Shown: positions 45,979-55,141, numbered from the stretch's first letter. The stretch is 62,539 nt of DNA from Minisyncoccota bacterium (GCA_041664285.1 JBAYLA010000005.1:1-62539), one strand, 5' to 3'. Program-made: numbers and translations. The notes: generated by a model from the letters alone, not told the origin.

Positions 45979-48189
45979 TTATACGACATTGTTACCATTT
46001 TCATCATGGGTAATTTTCTCCAATACTTCTCTAGGCTTGGCACCATCTCCAGGTCCAATGACCCCACGTTCTTCTAGACGATCCATTAATCGGGCTGCGC
46101 GAGCATAGCCCAATTTTAATTTTCTCTGGAGGTAAGAAGTTGAAGCTTTACCTGCTTCCATTACACAAATCCTAGCTTCCTCATACATTTCATCGTCATC
46201 ATTATCGTTGTCATCTTCTAGAGAACTTTCAAAAATACTTTTATCAGCCGAGATACTTCCAGCGGTTAGGGTAATTTCCTCAGAGACTTCATCTTCATAA
46301 GCATCTGCGAGATACTTTACCACTTTTTTAACTTCAGATTCGGAAATAAAGGCGCTTTGCAATCTCTCTGGTTGAGCTTCGCCCGAAGAATATAACATGT
46401 CACCAGCCCCTAAGAGTTTTTCTGCTCCACCAGCGTCTAAAATTGTGCGTGAATCTACTTGCGAAGACACCTTAAGCGCTACTCGAGCAGGAATATTTGC
46501 TTTAATTAAACCAGTGATGATATTTACTTCAGGACGCTGGGTAGAGAGTATCAAATGTATACCTACTGCTCTAGACATTTGGGCTAGTCGAACGATAGCG
46601 GATTCGAGTTCTCTTGGATAAGTACTCATGATGTCTGCCAATTCGTCTATTATAATAACAACATAGGGCATGCGGTCAGCATTAATTTCTTCTTCTTCCC
46701 CAACGCTGTTGGTTCTTTTCTTTTTTGGATTTTTATTGAATACATTACTATGATAAGACTCGATATCTCTCACAGACTCTGCTTCCAAGATGTCGTAACG
46801 ACGATCCATTTCTTTGGCTGCCCATTTTAAAGCTAGAATTGTTTTCTTCGCTTCAGTGATTACAGGGGTAAGTAAATGTGGAATATTATTATAAAGAGTG
46901 AGCTCTACGCGCTTTGGGTCTATTAAAATAAGCTTCAAATCATCTGGTCCATTTCTATACAAAAGGGAAGTAATCATAGAATGAATGGTGACAGATTTCC
47001 CAGAGCCTGTCGTTCCAGCTACTAGAATATGGGGCATTTTAGCTAGATTGCCGAAGACAGCTTTCCCAGAAATAGATCTTCCGAGGGCAGTTGTTAGAGG
47101 TTTAGGAGAATTTTGGAATTTATCATCAGAGAGGAGAGTGGCTAGGCCAACGATTGATTTTGATTTATTTGGAATTTCAATACCGACGAGGGACTTGCCT
47201 GGAATCGGTGCTTCTATGCGGATCGGGTGAGCAGCGAGGGAGAGGGCAAGATCATTTTGTAAACCAACGATGCGAGAAAGCTTCACTCCTTCGGCTGGCT
47301 TCAAAGCATAACGAGTCACCGTCGGTCCGATAGTTATTTCATCCATCTCTACTTCAATGCCGAAATTAGCCAAGGTGCGTTTGATAATATTTGCATTTGC
47401 TTTAATGTCGCCGGTATTTGGTTTACCTTTGTCTTCTTCAAGGAGAGAGAGTGGGGGAGGAACATAAGAACCAAGTCCGCTCTTTCTTTTTCTAATTGGC
47501 ATTTCTTCCTCTTCCTCTTCTTTTGTTTTGTTGAAACCTAAAGCCTTTTTAACTTTTTCTCCAGTAGTTTCTTTTTCCTCTTCCTCTTCTTCTGGTATAG
47601 ATTTTTCTACTTCTTTTATTTCGTCTTCATTTAAAGTTTCTTGAGCATTTTCGAGAGACTTTTTCTTTCTAAAGAAAGACCAAATTTTTGTAAACAAGGG
47701 AGCGAAGTTGGGCTTTACATCTAGCATCATTAAAATTGAAATTATTAAAATTGCTCCGAGTAAAACCAGACTGGCATATATATCAAAAAGAGAAACGAAG
47801 GGCGTAGATAATATTTTCCCCAATAATCCTCCTGCTTGATTGTCTATTCCTCCTGCTATTTCTATTATTCCGAGACTAGAGAGTAGGAACAGTATTCCAC
47901 TGATTGTGCGGGTCCATCCTATATCTGGTACTTCTGATTTTATAAATGAATATCCGAGTAAAATAAATAATGTTGGCAAAATAAAATAACCGATTGTGCC
48001 GAGCATCATTTTAGAAAAGTCATATAAAAACACACCGGCCTTTCCTGCGACATTCGCATAAGACATTAAAAAAAATAATGCTAGAACAAAAAAAATAACT
48101 GCGATAATTCCGTGCTTAGTGTGAGCTTTTAATCCCATTGCTACTTTTTTATCATTTTTACCATTCTTCCTGTTCTCGTTTTTCGCCAT
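45979..48189 (-). CDS. ftsK: DNA translocase FtsK/SpoIIIE
   Basis: N-terminal TM segments, acidic linker, GTTGSGKS Walker A, C-terminal gamma winged helix. Confidence 0.9.
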   Translation of the reverse strand: MAKNENRKNGKNDKKVAMGLKAHTKHGIIAVIFFVLALFFLMSYANVAGKAGVFLYDFSKMMLGTIGYFILPTLFILLGYSFIKSEVPDIGWTRTISGILFLLSSLGIIEIAGGIDNQAGGLLGKILSTPFVSLFDIYASLVLLGAILIISILMMLDVKPNFAPLFTKIWSFFRKKKSLENAQETLNEDEIKEVEKSIPEEEEEEKETTGEKVKKALGFNKTKEEEEEEMPIRKRKSGLGSYVPPPLSLLEEDKGKPNTGDIKANANIIKRTLANFGIEVEMDEITIGPTVTRYALKPAEGVKLSRIVGLQNDLALSLAAHPIRIEAPIPGKSLVGIEIPNKSKSIVGLATLLSDDKFQNSPKPLTTALGRSISGKAVFGNLAKMPHILVAGTTGSGKSVTIHSMITSLLYRNGPDDLKLILIDPKRVELTLYNNIPHLLTPVITEAKKTILALKWAAKEMDRRYDILEAESVRDIESYHSNVFNKNPKKKRTNSVGEEEEINADRMPYVVIIIDELADIMSTYPRELESAIVRLAQMSRAVGIHLILSTQRPEVNIITGLIKANIPARVALKVSSQVDSRTILDAGGAEKLLGAGDMLYSSGEAQPERLQSAFISESEVKKVVKYLADAYEDEVSEEITLTAGSISADKSIFESSLEDDNDNDDDEMYEEARICVMEAGKASTSYLQRKLKLGYARAARLMDRLEERGVIGPGDGAKPREVLEKITHDENGNNVV

Positions 48190-48195
48190 ACAGTT

Positions 48196-48204
48196 ATTTT
48201 AACA
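48196..48204 (-). promoter_or_regulatory. Extended -10 (TGtTAAAAT on the minus strand), 6 nt before ftsK ATG 48189
   Basis: Read directly. Confidence 0.55.
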
Positions 48205-48219
48205 TATTTTTATGAATTA

Positions 48220-48334
48220 AAAAGAAACAGAATTGTTGTTATTTGTAGTACAAATATTTCTTTGCTAAGAAATTTCTCAGGACTCGCGCCGTCGCGCTCC
48301 GTAGCCTGCAAATAGCAACAATTCTGTTTCTTTT
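48220..48334 (-). repeat. Two-hairpin repeat, copy 2, with its core (48246-48308) enclosed by a 26-bp stem
   Basis: Stem aaaagaaacagaattgttgttatttg / caaatagcaacaattctgtttctttt (one mismatch). Core contains gcgc cgtc gcgc. Confidence 0.75.
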
Positions 48335-48383
48335 AAAGTTGTGTCGAAAAATATTTTAGAAACTTGTCTTATTTCTGGAATAG

Positions 48384-48480
48384 CAAAGTATAGTTTAAAA
48401 ATGACTACGGAGACTGACGAGTCGAGTCTTGAGCAAAAATTCAGCAGAATTTTATGTGTGCTTTTTTAAACTATACTTTG
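48384..48480 (+). repeat. Two-hairpin repeat, copy 3, with its core (48402-48462) enclosed by a perfect 18-bp stem
   Basis: Stem caaagtatagtttaaaaa / tttttaaactatactttg. Core contains gact gacg agtc and aaaattc agca gaatttt. Confidence 0.75.
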
Positions 48481-48555
48481 TTCTTTCAGAAAAGAGACGC
48501 CGAAAAAAAGTTTTTAAACCCTTGCTTTTTTCTTTGTCCTATATATAATGGACAA

Positions 48556-49413
48556 ATGTTTAAGGAAGAAAAAAATGTAAAAGACTCCATAAAAGACACC
48601 TCTTCCGTGCCTGCACCGTACCAAGCCGTAGGGTTTGGCTTGGTGTCCTATACAAAAATCAATAAGCTTATTACTGCCCTTTATATGGTAACAGACATCA
48701 TAGACAAAGATGAACCACTTAGAAATAAATTAAGGACATTGGGGACGGGAATTATATCGGACATAAATTCTATTCCTTCCAATGCTCGTAGAAAGATATC
48801 CGAAATAATGTCCTTTTTAGACATTGCTTCTGCTGTAAATATTATTTCTGAAATGAATTGCTCTATTCTTAAAAAAGAGTTTATAGAATTAAGCGAATCT
48901 ATATTATCTATTCAAACAGAAAAAGACGTTGTTGAAAGCGAAATAAATAAACCGAATAGACCAATAAATTTATCTGAGTTTTTTGGAGATCATAATGGAG
49001 AGAAGTCTGATACTTACGAAGCCTCTCCTTTGTTAATGAGCAAGAAAGGAATTTCTATCGGACACCCTACCCCTACAAGGATTGGAGTTCAAAGAGGTAG
49101 TACTTTACTGAAAGCTTTGTCCGATAAAATTAATCCAAATATGAAAACTCAGAAATCACAGTTTTCTCACAATCAAGACTTTGATGCTTTTAAAAAACAA
49201 AGACGTAACGATATAATAAATATTATAAAAACCCTAGGAGGAAATGCCACAATAAAGGACATAAAGGACAAAGTCCAATCATCACAAGATAAAATTACTT
49301 CTCTCGTTTCTTGCAGTGAAAAAACTCTTCAAAGAGAACTTGTTTCTATGGTTAAAGACAGTGTCCTTAATAAAACAGGGGAGAAGCGTTGGAGTCGATA
49401 TTTTTTGAAATAG
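48556..49413 (+). CDS. Hypothetical protein with C-terminal winged-helix-like DNA-binding domain
   Basis: ATG 48556 sits 6 nt after TATAAT. C-terminus IINIIKTLGGNATIKDIKDKV...SEKTLQRELVSMV. Confidence 0.5.
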   Translation: MFKEEKNVKDSIKDTSSVPAPYQAVGFGLVSYTKINKLITALYMVTDIIDKDEPLRNKLRTLGTGIISDINSIPSNARRKISEIMSFLDIASAVNIISEMNCSILKKEFIELSESILSIQTEKDVVESEINKPNRPINLSEFFGDHNGEKSDTYEASPLLMSKKGISIGHPTPTRIGVQRGSTLLKALSDKINPNMKTQKSQFSHNQDFDAFKKQRRNDIINIIKTLGGNATIKDIKDKVQSSQDKITSLVSCSEKTLQRELVSMVKDSVLNKTGEKRWSRYFLK

Positions 49414-49918
49414 ATTTTTAAATCATTGAAAATTCTGCGGAGAGTTATGTATTAACGATTTACTTATTTACCACAATCTTTGCTTGCATTTTAACTAAAA
49501 ATGAAGTAAGATAGATTCATGGGTATTGGCTTAATAGCTAAGTTATCCACATAATATATTGCTATAATTTTTTGAGATATATTATAATGTGTTTATGTTT
49601 ACAAAGCGCACAGAACTTGTGTATTTTGTATTCATAAAGTTTATTTATTTTTATTCAGGATTTCGTCGAAAAAATCTTGAACGAAGATAGATTCCCTGCC
49701 AACTCTTTTATTAATTATAAAAAGTTTTGGTTGGGTAAAGAAAGGTCATTGAAAACCAAATAGCTATGTTTTCAATGTTAGTTTATCACTATTCGTTTTT
49801 TAATCCGCGACATTATAAATTATTATTAGTTATTAGCGGAGAGAAAAATGATAGGAAAAAAATACGCTTTTAGTTTTGTCGAAACTAATTAATGGCGTAA
49901 AAAAATTAGAAAAAATTT

Positions 49919-51973
49919 ATGAGTAAATTATTAAAATCAAAATTTCTTCTTGGAGCTTTGATTGTTACAGTTTTAGTTGTAGGAGGTGTTGCATTTATTG
50001 GTGCAGACACAGCTTCAGCTGATTGTACACTCACAGCTACATTAAGAGTAGGTTCAACAGGCGATGAAGTTAAATGTCTTCAGGCCGTAGTCGGAGCAAC
50101 TGCAGATGGTAAATTTGGTCCTATGACTAAGACCTCTGTTATGGCTTGGCAAGCAAATAATGGTTTAGTAGCCGACGGAGTAGTTGGTGCTAAGTCACGA
50201 GCTGTCTTCAATGCTGGTGGTGCAGTTTCTGGGAATTTCCCAGCAGGTTGTACTTCAGCTGCAGGATACAGTTCAACAACAGGTCTTGCTTGTGCAGCAT
50301 TGCCAGCAACTGGCCCTTGTACAGGTGGAGCATTATTTAATTCCGCAACTGGCGCAGCATGTTCTGTTGCAACTTCAACAGTCCCTGGTTGTGCAGTCGG
50401 AGCATTATTTAGTGCAACAACTGGCGCATCATGTACTGTAGCCCCAATAACTTCAACAGGTGAAGGTTCAATAGCACTTTCATATGCTCCAGTTCCTGGA
50501 AATACTACCCTTGTTTACAAGGGACAGAATAATCAGGCATTTATTGGTTTGCAAATGAAGGCTACTGGTTCTGATATGAAAGTTTCTCGTCTATGGTTAA
50601 ATTTTGATCAGCGCATTTGGCTTGCTGCTAACAACATCTCTCTTTGGGATGGTTCAACACAACTCGCTACTATCGCTCTTTCATCTTCAACCGTTATTGA
50701 GTATACAACTGGTTCAGAATGGCAAGTTCAATTTAATGGTCTAAACGTAGTTGTTCCAGTTGGAACGACTAAGACATTGACCGCTAAGTTTGATCGCCCT
50801 CTTTTGACACAGGATCTAACAGGTGCTACAGCTACTAATATGACCGCAAACAGTTCTATCAGGACAACTGATGGTTCTGGTTACTCTGAAGCAGTAACTC
50901 TTACCGCTCGAGTTATTAATTTTGTTACTTCAGCCTCAACAACAGGGGTAGAAACAGCTCAATTAAGTGCAACTAGTCCAGCAACTGGAATAGTTTCTGG
51001 CCTTAGTGCGACAGCAGGAACTCTAACTGATGTTAAAGTAACTGATTTCGACCTAAAGGCAACTCAATCAGATCTTAAGGTTACAAAAGTAGTGGGTGTA
51101 GTTAATTCTAGTGCTGCTACCTTGAAGAATATGGTGGCTTCAGTTCAACTTCGAGATGCTTCAGGAGCTATTCTTGCACAAGCCGCTCCAGCTCCAGCAA
51201 CTACAGCTAGTGGTTCTACTTCATCTTCCGGCGTAGCTTATACTTGTGGTGCTTATACTACTACTCTTAGTTGTTATCAATTTGATAGCTTGAATATTAG
51301 CATTCTTAAAGATACAACAACTAAATTATCAATTTGGGTTCAAATGAATCCTGTTGGTACTCCTGGTGCTGGATACACAACTTCTGGTACTGGAATTAGT
51401 GCAAATGTTACTGTATCAGCTGCTGGTATTGTTACCACAGATGCAAATTACAACGCTATTACTCCAACTGGAACTGTAACTGGAAACTACCAGTACATGT
51501 ATCAATATGGCCCAGCCATTGCTTACACTGGATCAAGTACACCAGTAGTTACTACCCCAGATTCTAGTTCTACTGCTCAGCAAATGACTGGTACTATGTC
51601 ATTTAGTGTTACAGCTAATGGAGAGGATAAATACCTTTCTGCTACTCCAGCTGATGGTACTACTGGTATTTTCTTGGAACAGCAAGTTGCCAATGGCACA
51701 CCTGCTACAACCGTATATACACTTTCTCAGTTGAGTACAACTTCTTCTGATGCTGTGTATGGTACTACCTCTGGTGTCTACAAGATTCCAGCTGGAACAA
51801 CAAAGAACTTTGTCACTTCTTACAAGATTACAGTGGCAACAGCAAATGGTTACAACGGAGCTAAATTAAAGACCTTTATGTTGACTAACAATGTAGATGG
51901 TTCTACTGATGCAGTTGATTATGCTTATGCATTACCAACAGCCGTTGGTCCACAAGCTTATATAAATAAATAA
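49919..51973 (+). CDS. Secreted surface protein: PG_binding_1-like domain, three Cys-loop modules, Thr/Ala/Ser-rich body
   Basis: Signal peptide. GSTGDEVKCLQAVVG..DGKFGPMTKTSVMAWQANNGLVADGVVG. CTSAAGYSSTTGLAC, CTGGALFNSATGAAC, CAVGALFSATTGASC. Confidence 0.75.
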   Translation: MSKLLKSKFLLGALIVTVLVVGGVAFIGADTASADCTLTATLRVGSTGDEVKCLQAVVGATADGKFGPMTKTSVMAWQANNGLVADGVVGAKSRAVFNAGGAVSGNFPAGCTSAAGYSSTTGLACAALPATGPCTGGALFNSATGAACSVATSTVPGCAVGALFSATTGASCTVAPITSTGEGSIALSYAPVPGNTTLVYKGQNNQAFIGLQMKATGSDMKVSRLWLNFDQRIWLAANNISLWDGSTQLATIALSSSTVIEYTTGSEWQVQFNGLNVVVPVGTTKTLTAKFDRPLLTQDLTGATATNMTANSSIRTTDGSGYSEAVTLTARVINFVTSASTTGVETAQLSATSPATGIVSGLSATAGTLTDVKVTDFDLKATQSDLKVTKVVGVVNSSAATLKNMVASVQLRDASGAILAQAAPAPATTASGSTSSSGVAYTCGAYTTTLSCYQFDSLNISILKDTTTKLSIWVQMNPVGTPGAGYTTSGTGISANVTVSAAGIVTTDANYNAITPTGTVTGNYQYMYQYGPAIAYTGSSTPVVTTPDSSSTAQQMTGTMSFSVTANGEDKYLSATPADGTTGIFLEQQVANGTPATTVYTLSQLSTTSSDAVYGTTSGVYKIPAGTTKNFVTSYKITVATANGYNGAKLKTFMLTNNVDGSTDAVDYAYALPTAVGPQAYINK

Positions 51974-52011
51974 TATTTATATAGCTCTGGTTAATACGCC
52001 TTAAAAAGTAT

Positions 52012-52047
52012 TCCTCCACAACCTTTCAGAAGTTGAAAGGTGTGCAG
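52012..52047. repeat. cccccacaccttt-family hairpin (short loop, 'empty')
   Basis: cacaacctttca gaagt tgaaaggtgtg. Confidence 0.6.
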
Positions 52048-52059
52048 GTAAAACAAAAA

Positions 52060-52084
52060 GCCATCCCGACGGGGATGGCTTTTT
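52060..52084 (+). terminator. Intrinsic terminator after the 49919-51973 gene
   Basis: gccatccc gacg gggatggc followed by TTTTT. Confidence 0.75.
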
Positions 52085-52112
52085 GTTTGTGTTTTTATGC
52101 TTAAAAAGTTAT

Positions 52113-52430
52113 CCCCCACACCTTTTGTTTTATTTAAGACTTTCGGAAATCCTTCTTTTTAACTGTCCAAGCGCTTTGCCATCTTTTTTAAGATTATATT
52201 CTCTAGTTCTAGCATCATTTTTATTAGCACAAGCTTCATAATATCTAAGTTCAAAAGGTCGCCTAGCTTTTGTTGAACGATTAAGGCCATTATTGTGTTC
52301 CGAAAGTCTTCGTTTCAGGTCATTAGTTGAGCCAATATATAACTTTTCATCTTTTAGACTTTTTAGAATATATACGTAATACATTATAACTATTATATGG
52401 CCTGAAGTTATAAAACGAAAGGTGTGGGGG
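52113..52430. mobile_element. GIY-YIG gene enclosed by 20-nt inverted arms of the cccccacaccttt family
   Basis: Arms 52113-52132 cccccacaccttttgtttta and 52411-52430 taaaacgaaaggtgtggggg (19 of 20 complementary). The left arm covers the stop codon. Confidence 0.45.
52130..52384 (-). CDS. Small GIY-YIG nuclease-superfamily protein
   Basis: YYVYILKSLKDEKLYIGSTNDLKRRLSEHN matches the GIY...YIG...R...H pattern. ATG 52384 preferred. Confidence 0.8.
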   Translation of the reverse strand: MYYVYILKSLKDEKLYIGSTNDLKRRLSEHNNGLNRSTKARRPFELRYYEACANKNDARTREYNLKKDGKALGQLKRRISESLK

Positions 52431-52541
52431 TTATCCACAGGTTATTTATTGTGTTAAATTTATATTTTTAGTGCTATACTATAATGTATAAATTACCGCT
52501 GAAGGTCGTTTTGGTGGTGAAAATATTTATTGTTCTAAAAA

Positions 52542-52562
52542 ATTATTATTATTATTATTATT
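52542..52562. repeat. (ATT)7 microsatellite upstream of the 52588 gene
   Basis: Seven perfect ATT units read directly. Confidence 0.9.
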
Positions 52563-52587
52563 AATTAACTTAATCTCGCACGGCGAG

Positions 52588-54735
52588 ATGAAAAAAATTA
52601 TGAAATTAAGTTTAAAAAATGTTTTTCTATCAGTCGGAATGCTTGCTTTTGCTTTAGGAGTATTTGGACTTGTCTCAACAAGTAAGGCAGAAGCATATGC
52701 TCGAACTGCATCTGTTTCAGGTGCTTGGGGTGATACAGCTACATGGGGGGGGAACTCTGTTCCTGTAGCAGGGGACACTGTTACAATCAATGCTGCTGTT
52801 ACAGTTAACATAGATGCAACTGCTGCTGCAACTTCGATTACTTTTATTGATCCAGCTGCTGGTGCTGGTAATGGAATTACCTTTACGGGTACAAATACCC
52901 TTACTGTTTCAGGAGCTATCACAGTTCCTCTCTCTTCAGGAGTTGGTACTACTACCATTGCTGTTGGGACTGGAACGCTTAGTGCTGGAAGTGTTAGTAT
53001 CACAGGAGGTGCTTCTGGTATTGGTTCGATGACTGTGGGCGATGGTAATATTACTACTACAGGAGATTTTTCTCTTCTTGGTGCTAGTGCTATTACAAAA
53101 GCCTTGCTTACTTCTACAGACGCTGGCAGTGTAATTAGTATAGGAGGAAATTTTGTTAACACATTAGGAACTGTTACAAATCTGGGAATAATGACAATCA
53201 CTGGTAATCTTACCGGAGGAGGAACTGTTGTTAACGGCGCCAATGCCGGTTTGTATCTTAATGGTACTACAAATACTGTTACCACTTTGACGGCTACAGC
53301 TGCAGGGAACTCAGTATTTTACGGAGGGGGGGATCAAACAATCATAGATACTGCTACTCACACCTATTACAATCTTTATTTGCAGGGTACTGGAACAAAA
53401 ACTATAACTGGTCTTACAACAATTACTGGCGGTTTAGTTATTGGGGGTACAGCGACTGTGACCACAGCAGCAAATATAACAATAGCGGCAACTCTTGGTG
53501 TTCAATCAGGCGCAACTTTGCACTTAGCTGGTTATAGTTTTGAAGTTGGAACAACTTCAAGCATTACTGGAACAGTAGATACAACATCTGCAACTGGTAC
53601 TAAAACTTTCACAGGATTGGTAACGGTTAACTCTGGTGGTTCATTTAGTCTTGCCGCACTTGATCCAGTTAATGTCTTTGGTGCAGGTATTACAAACAAT
53701 AGTGCTACGGCAGTAAATCTTGGAGCAGGAGGTACAACATTAACGGGTAATTTAGCAGGTACTGGAAATATAACTTTTGAGGGTGCATTAACAATTGCGA
53801 GTGGAACTACAACTAACAGCAATACTGGAACTGTTACAGTTACTGGAACATTGACTCTTACTGGTGCTTGGACACAAGCAGCTGGTTCAAGTCTTACTCT
53901 TCTTGCTACGACTGCAACAGATGGTGCTGGAGTTCTTACAACTACACTTGCTAACACCGTAACTTATGGTGGTGGTGCTCAAACAGTTTTGCTACCAGCA
54001 GCAGGTTATTATAATCTTACTTTAAGTGGAACTTTAGCAAAATCATTTCCAGCTAGTACGATTATAAATCAGACATTGACAGTTAATAGTGGAACGACAA
54101 TTACTTTATTAACTAGTAGTTTAAGTACTGCCAATAAACTTTATTTTGGAACAGCTTACCAAAAGAGAGGGACTTGGGGGGCAACTGCTGCAACTGCAAC
54201 TAATGAAACTGATACTTATTTCACTTCTGGGATAACATATCACATGACTGTTGCTGTAGGTCGTGCTACTGTTGACAGTGGTACAGGAGGAACTGGCACA
54301 ATAAATTGTATTTCTCCAGCAGTTCTTACAAACGGTGTTTGTAAAGCTCCAAACACAACTTCAGAAGTTGCACAGAGTCCTGTGCCTATAACAGTAGAAG
54401 TTGCTCCAGGAATCACTGAGACTACAATGTCTCCGGGTTGTTCTGGTGGAAATAAATACAATACATCTACAGGTGCTCTTTGCCAAAATACTATTGTTGC
54501 TATAGCTAAAGCTACCTATGACTTTGGCACTAAGACTCTCAAAAATGGTAGTAAAGGGGCAGCCGTGATGGAACTTCAGAGATTCTTGAATGATAAATTG
54601 AATCTTGGATTGATATTAGATGGCAAACTAGGACCTAAGACAATTGCTGTTATTAAGAAATGGCAAAAGGCTCAAGGGCTTGTAGTAGACGGTCTCGTTG
54701 GCCCAAAAACAAAGGCAATGATGAATGCTCAATAA
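52588..54735 (+). CDS. Secreted Gly/Thr-rich beta-helix-like surface protein with C-terminal Cys-loop and PG_binding_1-like domain
   Basis: Signal peptide. Degenerate GT..T.TG repeats. CSGGNKYNTSTGALC. GSKGAAVMELQRFLN...DGKLGPKTIAVIKKWQKAQGLVVDGLVG. Confidence 0.75.
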   Translation: MKKIMKLSLKNVFLSVGMLAFALGVFGLVSTSKAEAYARTASVSGAWGDTATWGGNSVPVAGDTVTINAAVTVNIDATAAATSITFIDPAAGAGNGITFTGTNTLTVSGAITVPLSSGVGTTTIAVGTGTLSAGSVSITGGASGIGSMTVGDGNITTTGDFSLLGASAITKALLTSTDAGSVISIGGNFVNTLGTVTNLGIMTITGNLTGGGTVVNGANAGLYLNGTTNTVTTLTATAAGNSVFYGGGDQTIIDTATHTYYNLYLQGTGTKTITGLTTITGGLVIGGTATVTTAANITIAATLGVQSGATLHLAGYSFEVGTTSSITGTVDTTSATGTKTFTGLVTVNSGGSFSLAALDPVNVFGAGITNNSATAVNLGAGGTTLTGNLAGTGNITFEGALTIASGTTTNSNTGTVTVTGTLTLTGAWTQAAGSSLTLLATTATDGAGVLTTTLANTVTYGGGAQTVLLPAAGYYNLTLSGTLAKSFPASTIINQTLTVNSGTTITLLTSSLSTANKLYFGTAYQKRGTWGATAATATNETDTYFTSGITYHMTVAVGRATVDSGTGGTGTINCISPAVLTNGVCKAPNTTSEVAQSPVPITVEVAPGITETTMSPGCSGGNKYNTSTGALCQNTIVAIAKATYDFGTKTLKNGSKGAAVMELQRFLNDKLNLGLILDGKLGPKTIAVIKKWQKAQGLVVDGLVGPKTKAMMNAQ

Positions 54736-54760
54736 ACTTTTAGAATTTTCTAAAGTTAAC

Positions 54761-54790
54761 AAAAAACCATACCCGCGGGTATGGTTTTTT
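54761..54790 (+). terminator. Intrinsic terminator after the 52588-54735 gene
   Basis: aaccatacccgcgggtatggtt flanked by an A6 and a T6 run. Confidence 0.75.
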
Positions 54791-54799
54791 GATTTGTGA

Positions 54800-54844
54800 T
54801 ATACCCCCACACTTATTTTGATTTTAAATAAGTGTGGGGGTATA
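54800..54844. repeat. Perfect 19-bp hairpin of the cccccacac family
   Basis: tatacccccacacttattt tgatttt aaataagtgtgggggtata. Confidence 0.8.
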
Positions 54845-54852
54845 ATCAAGCT

Positions 54853-54942
54853 ATGCTTTGTAAACATTTTTTTAAGGTTTTAACAATTTTTTTAGCAATG
54901 ATTATTTTAGGACTAATAGGAATTTCTGTACTTGCAAAATAG
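54853..54942 (+). CDS. Candidate 29-aa hydrophobic peptide (MLCKHFFKVLTIFLAMIILGLIGISVLAK)
   Basis: ATG lies 6 nt after TATAAT (54841-54846), the same spacing as many genes here. One TM-like segment. No other support. Confidence 0.3.
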   Translation: MLCKHFFKVLTIFLAMIILGLIGISVLAK

Positions 54943-55001
54943 AAAAGCCTGCCCCGTAGCGAGCTTGCTCTGCTACTGGGGTTGTGCTATATTAAATAAA
55001 T

Positions 55002-55023
55002 CCCCACACTTAAATATAAGTGT
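55002..55023. repeat. Degenerate cccccacac-family hairpin
   Basis: ccccacactta aata taagtgt. Confidence 0.4.
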
Positions 55024-55087
55024 TCGGATAAACCGCAGAGAAGATAGGTTCCAATTTTCGGGAACGTAGCGACTAGAAAATTGAGAA

Positions 55088-55141
55088 TCCTGTTAAATAA
55101 TTTTTGTTTTACAAAAATTGCCCGAAGGGCATTTAACAGGA
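55088..55141. repeat. Compound hairpin with arms tcctgttaaat / atttaacagga ('empty' version of the arms around GIY-YIG 55282-55557)
   Basis: 11-bp outer stem. Inner hairpins aatttttgt ttt acaaaaatt and gccc gaa gggc. Confidence 0.7.

Noticed and set aside
49543-49551. Perfect DnaA-box 9-mers TTATCCACA at 49543-49551, 52431-52439 and 61574-61582, all on the plus strand and all intergenic. This raised the possibility of an oriC.
   Set aside because: The boxes are 3-9 kb apart rather than clustered. No dnaA/dnaN neighbourhood or AT-rich unwinding-element arrangement is evident. A few hits of an A/T-rich 9-mer are plausible by chance or as isolated regulatory sites. They could be re-examined with a GC-skew plot of the whole contig.
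49848-49892. 14-codon upstream ORF (MIGKKYAFSFVETN) with a GGAGAG SD, 27 nt before the 49919 surface-protein start. It could be a leader peptide.
   Set aside because: Such a short ORF in AT-rich sequence is expected by chance. There is no attenuator-like alternative pairing around it and no conservation evidence.
52527-53285. 252-aa minus-strand ORF overlapping the start of the 52588-54735 surface-protein gene. Similar long antisense or alternate-frame ORFs occur at 53532-53957, 52814-53032, 50184-50441, 59468-59881 and 60136-60474.
   Set aside because: These are shadow ORFs produced by the biased GGT/ACT/GCT codon composition of the Gly/Thr/Ala-rich sense genes. They are Pro/Val-rich low-complexity translations, lack signal peptides and motifs, and the sense frames have coherent domain architecture.
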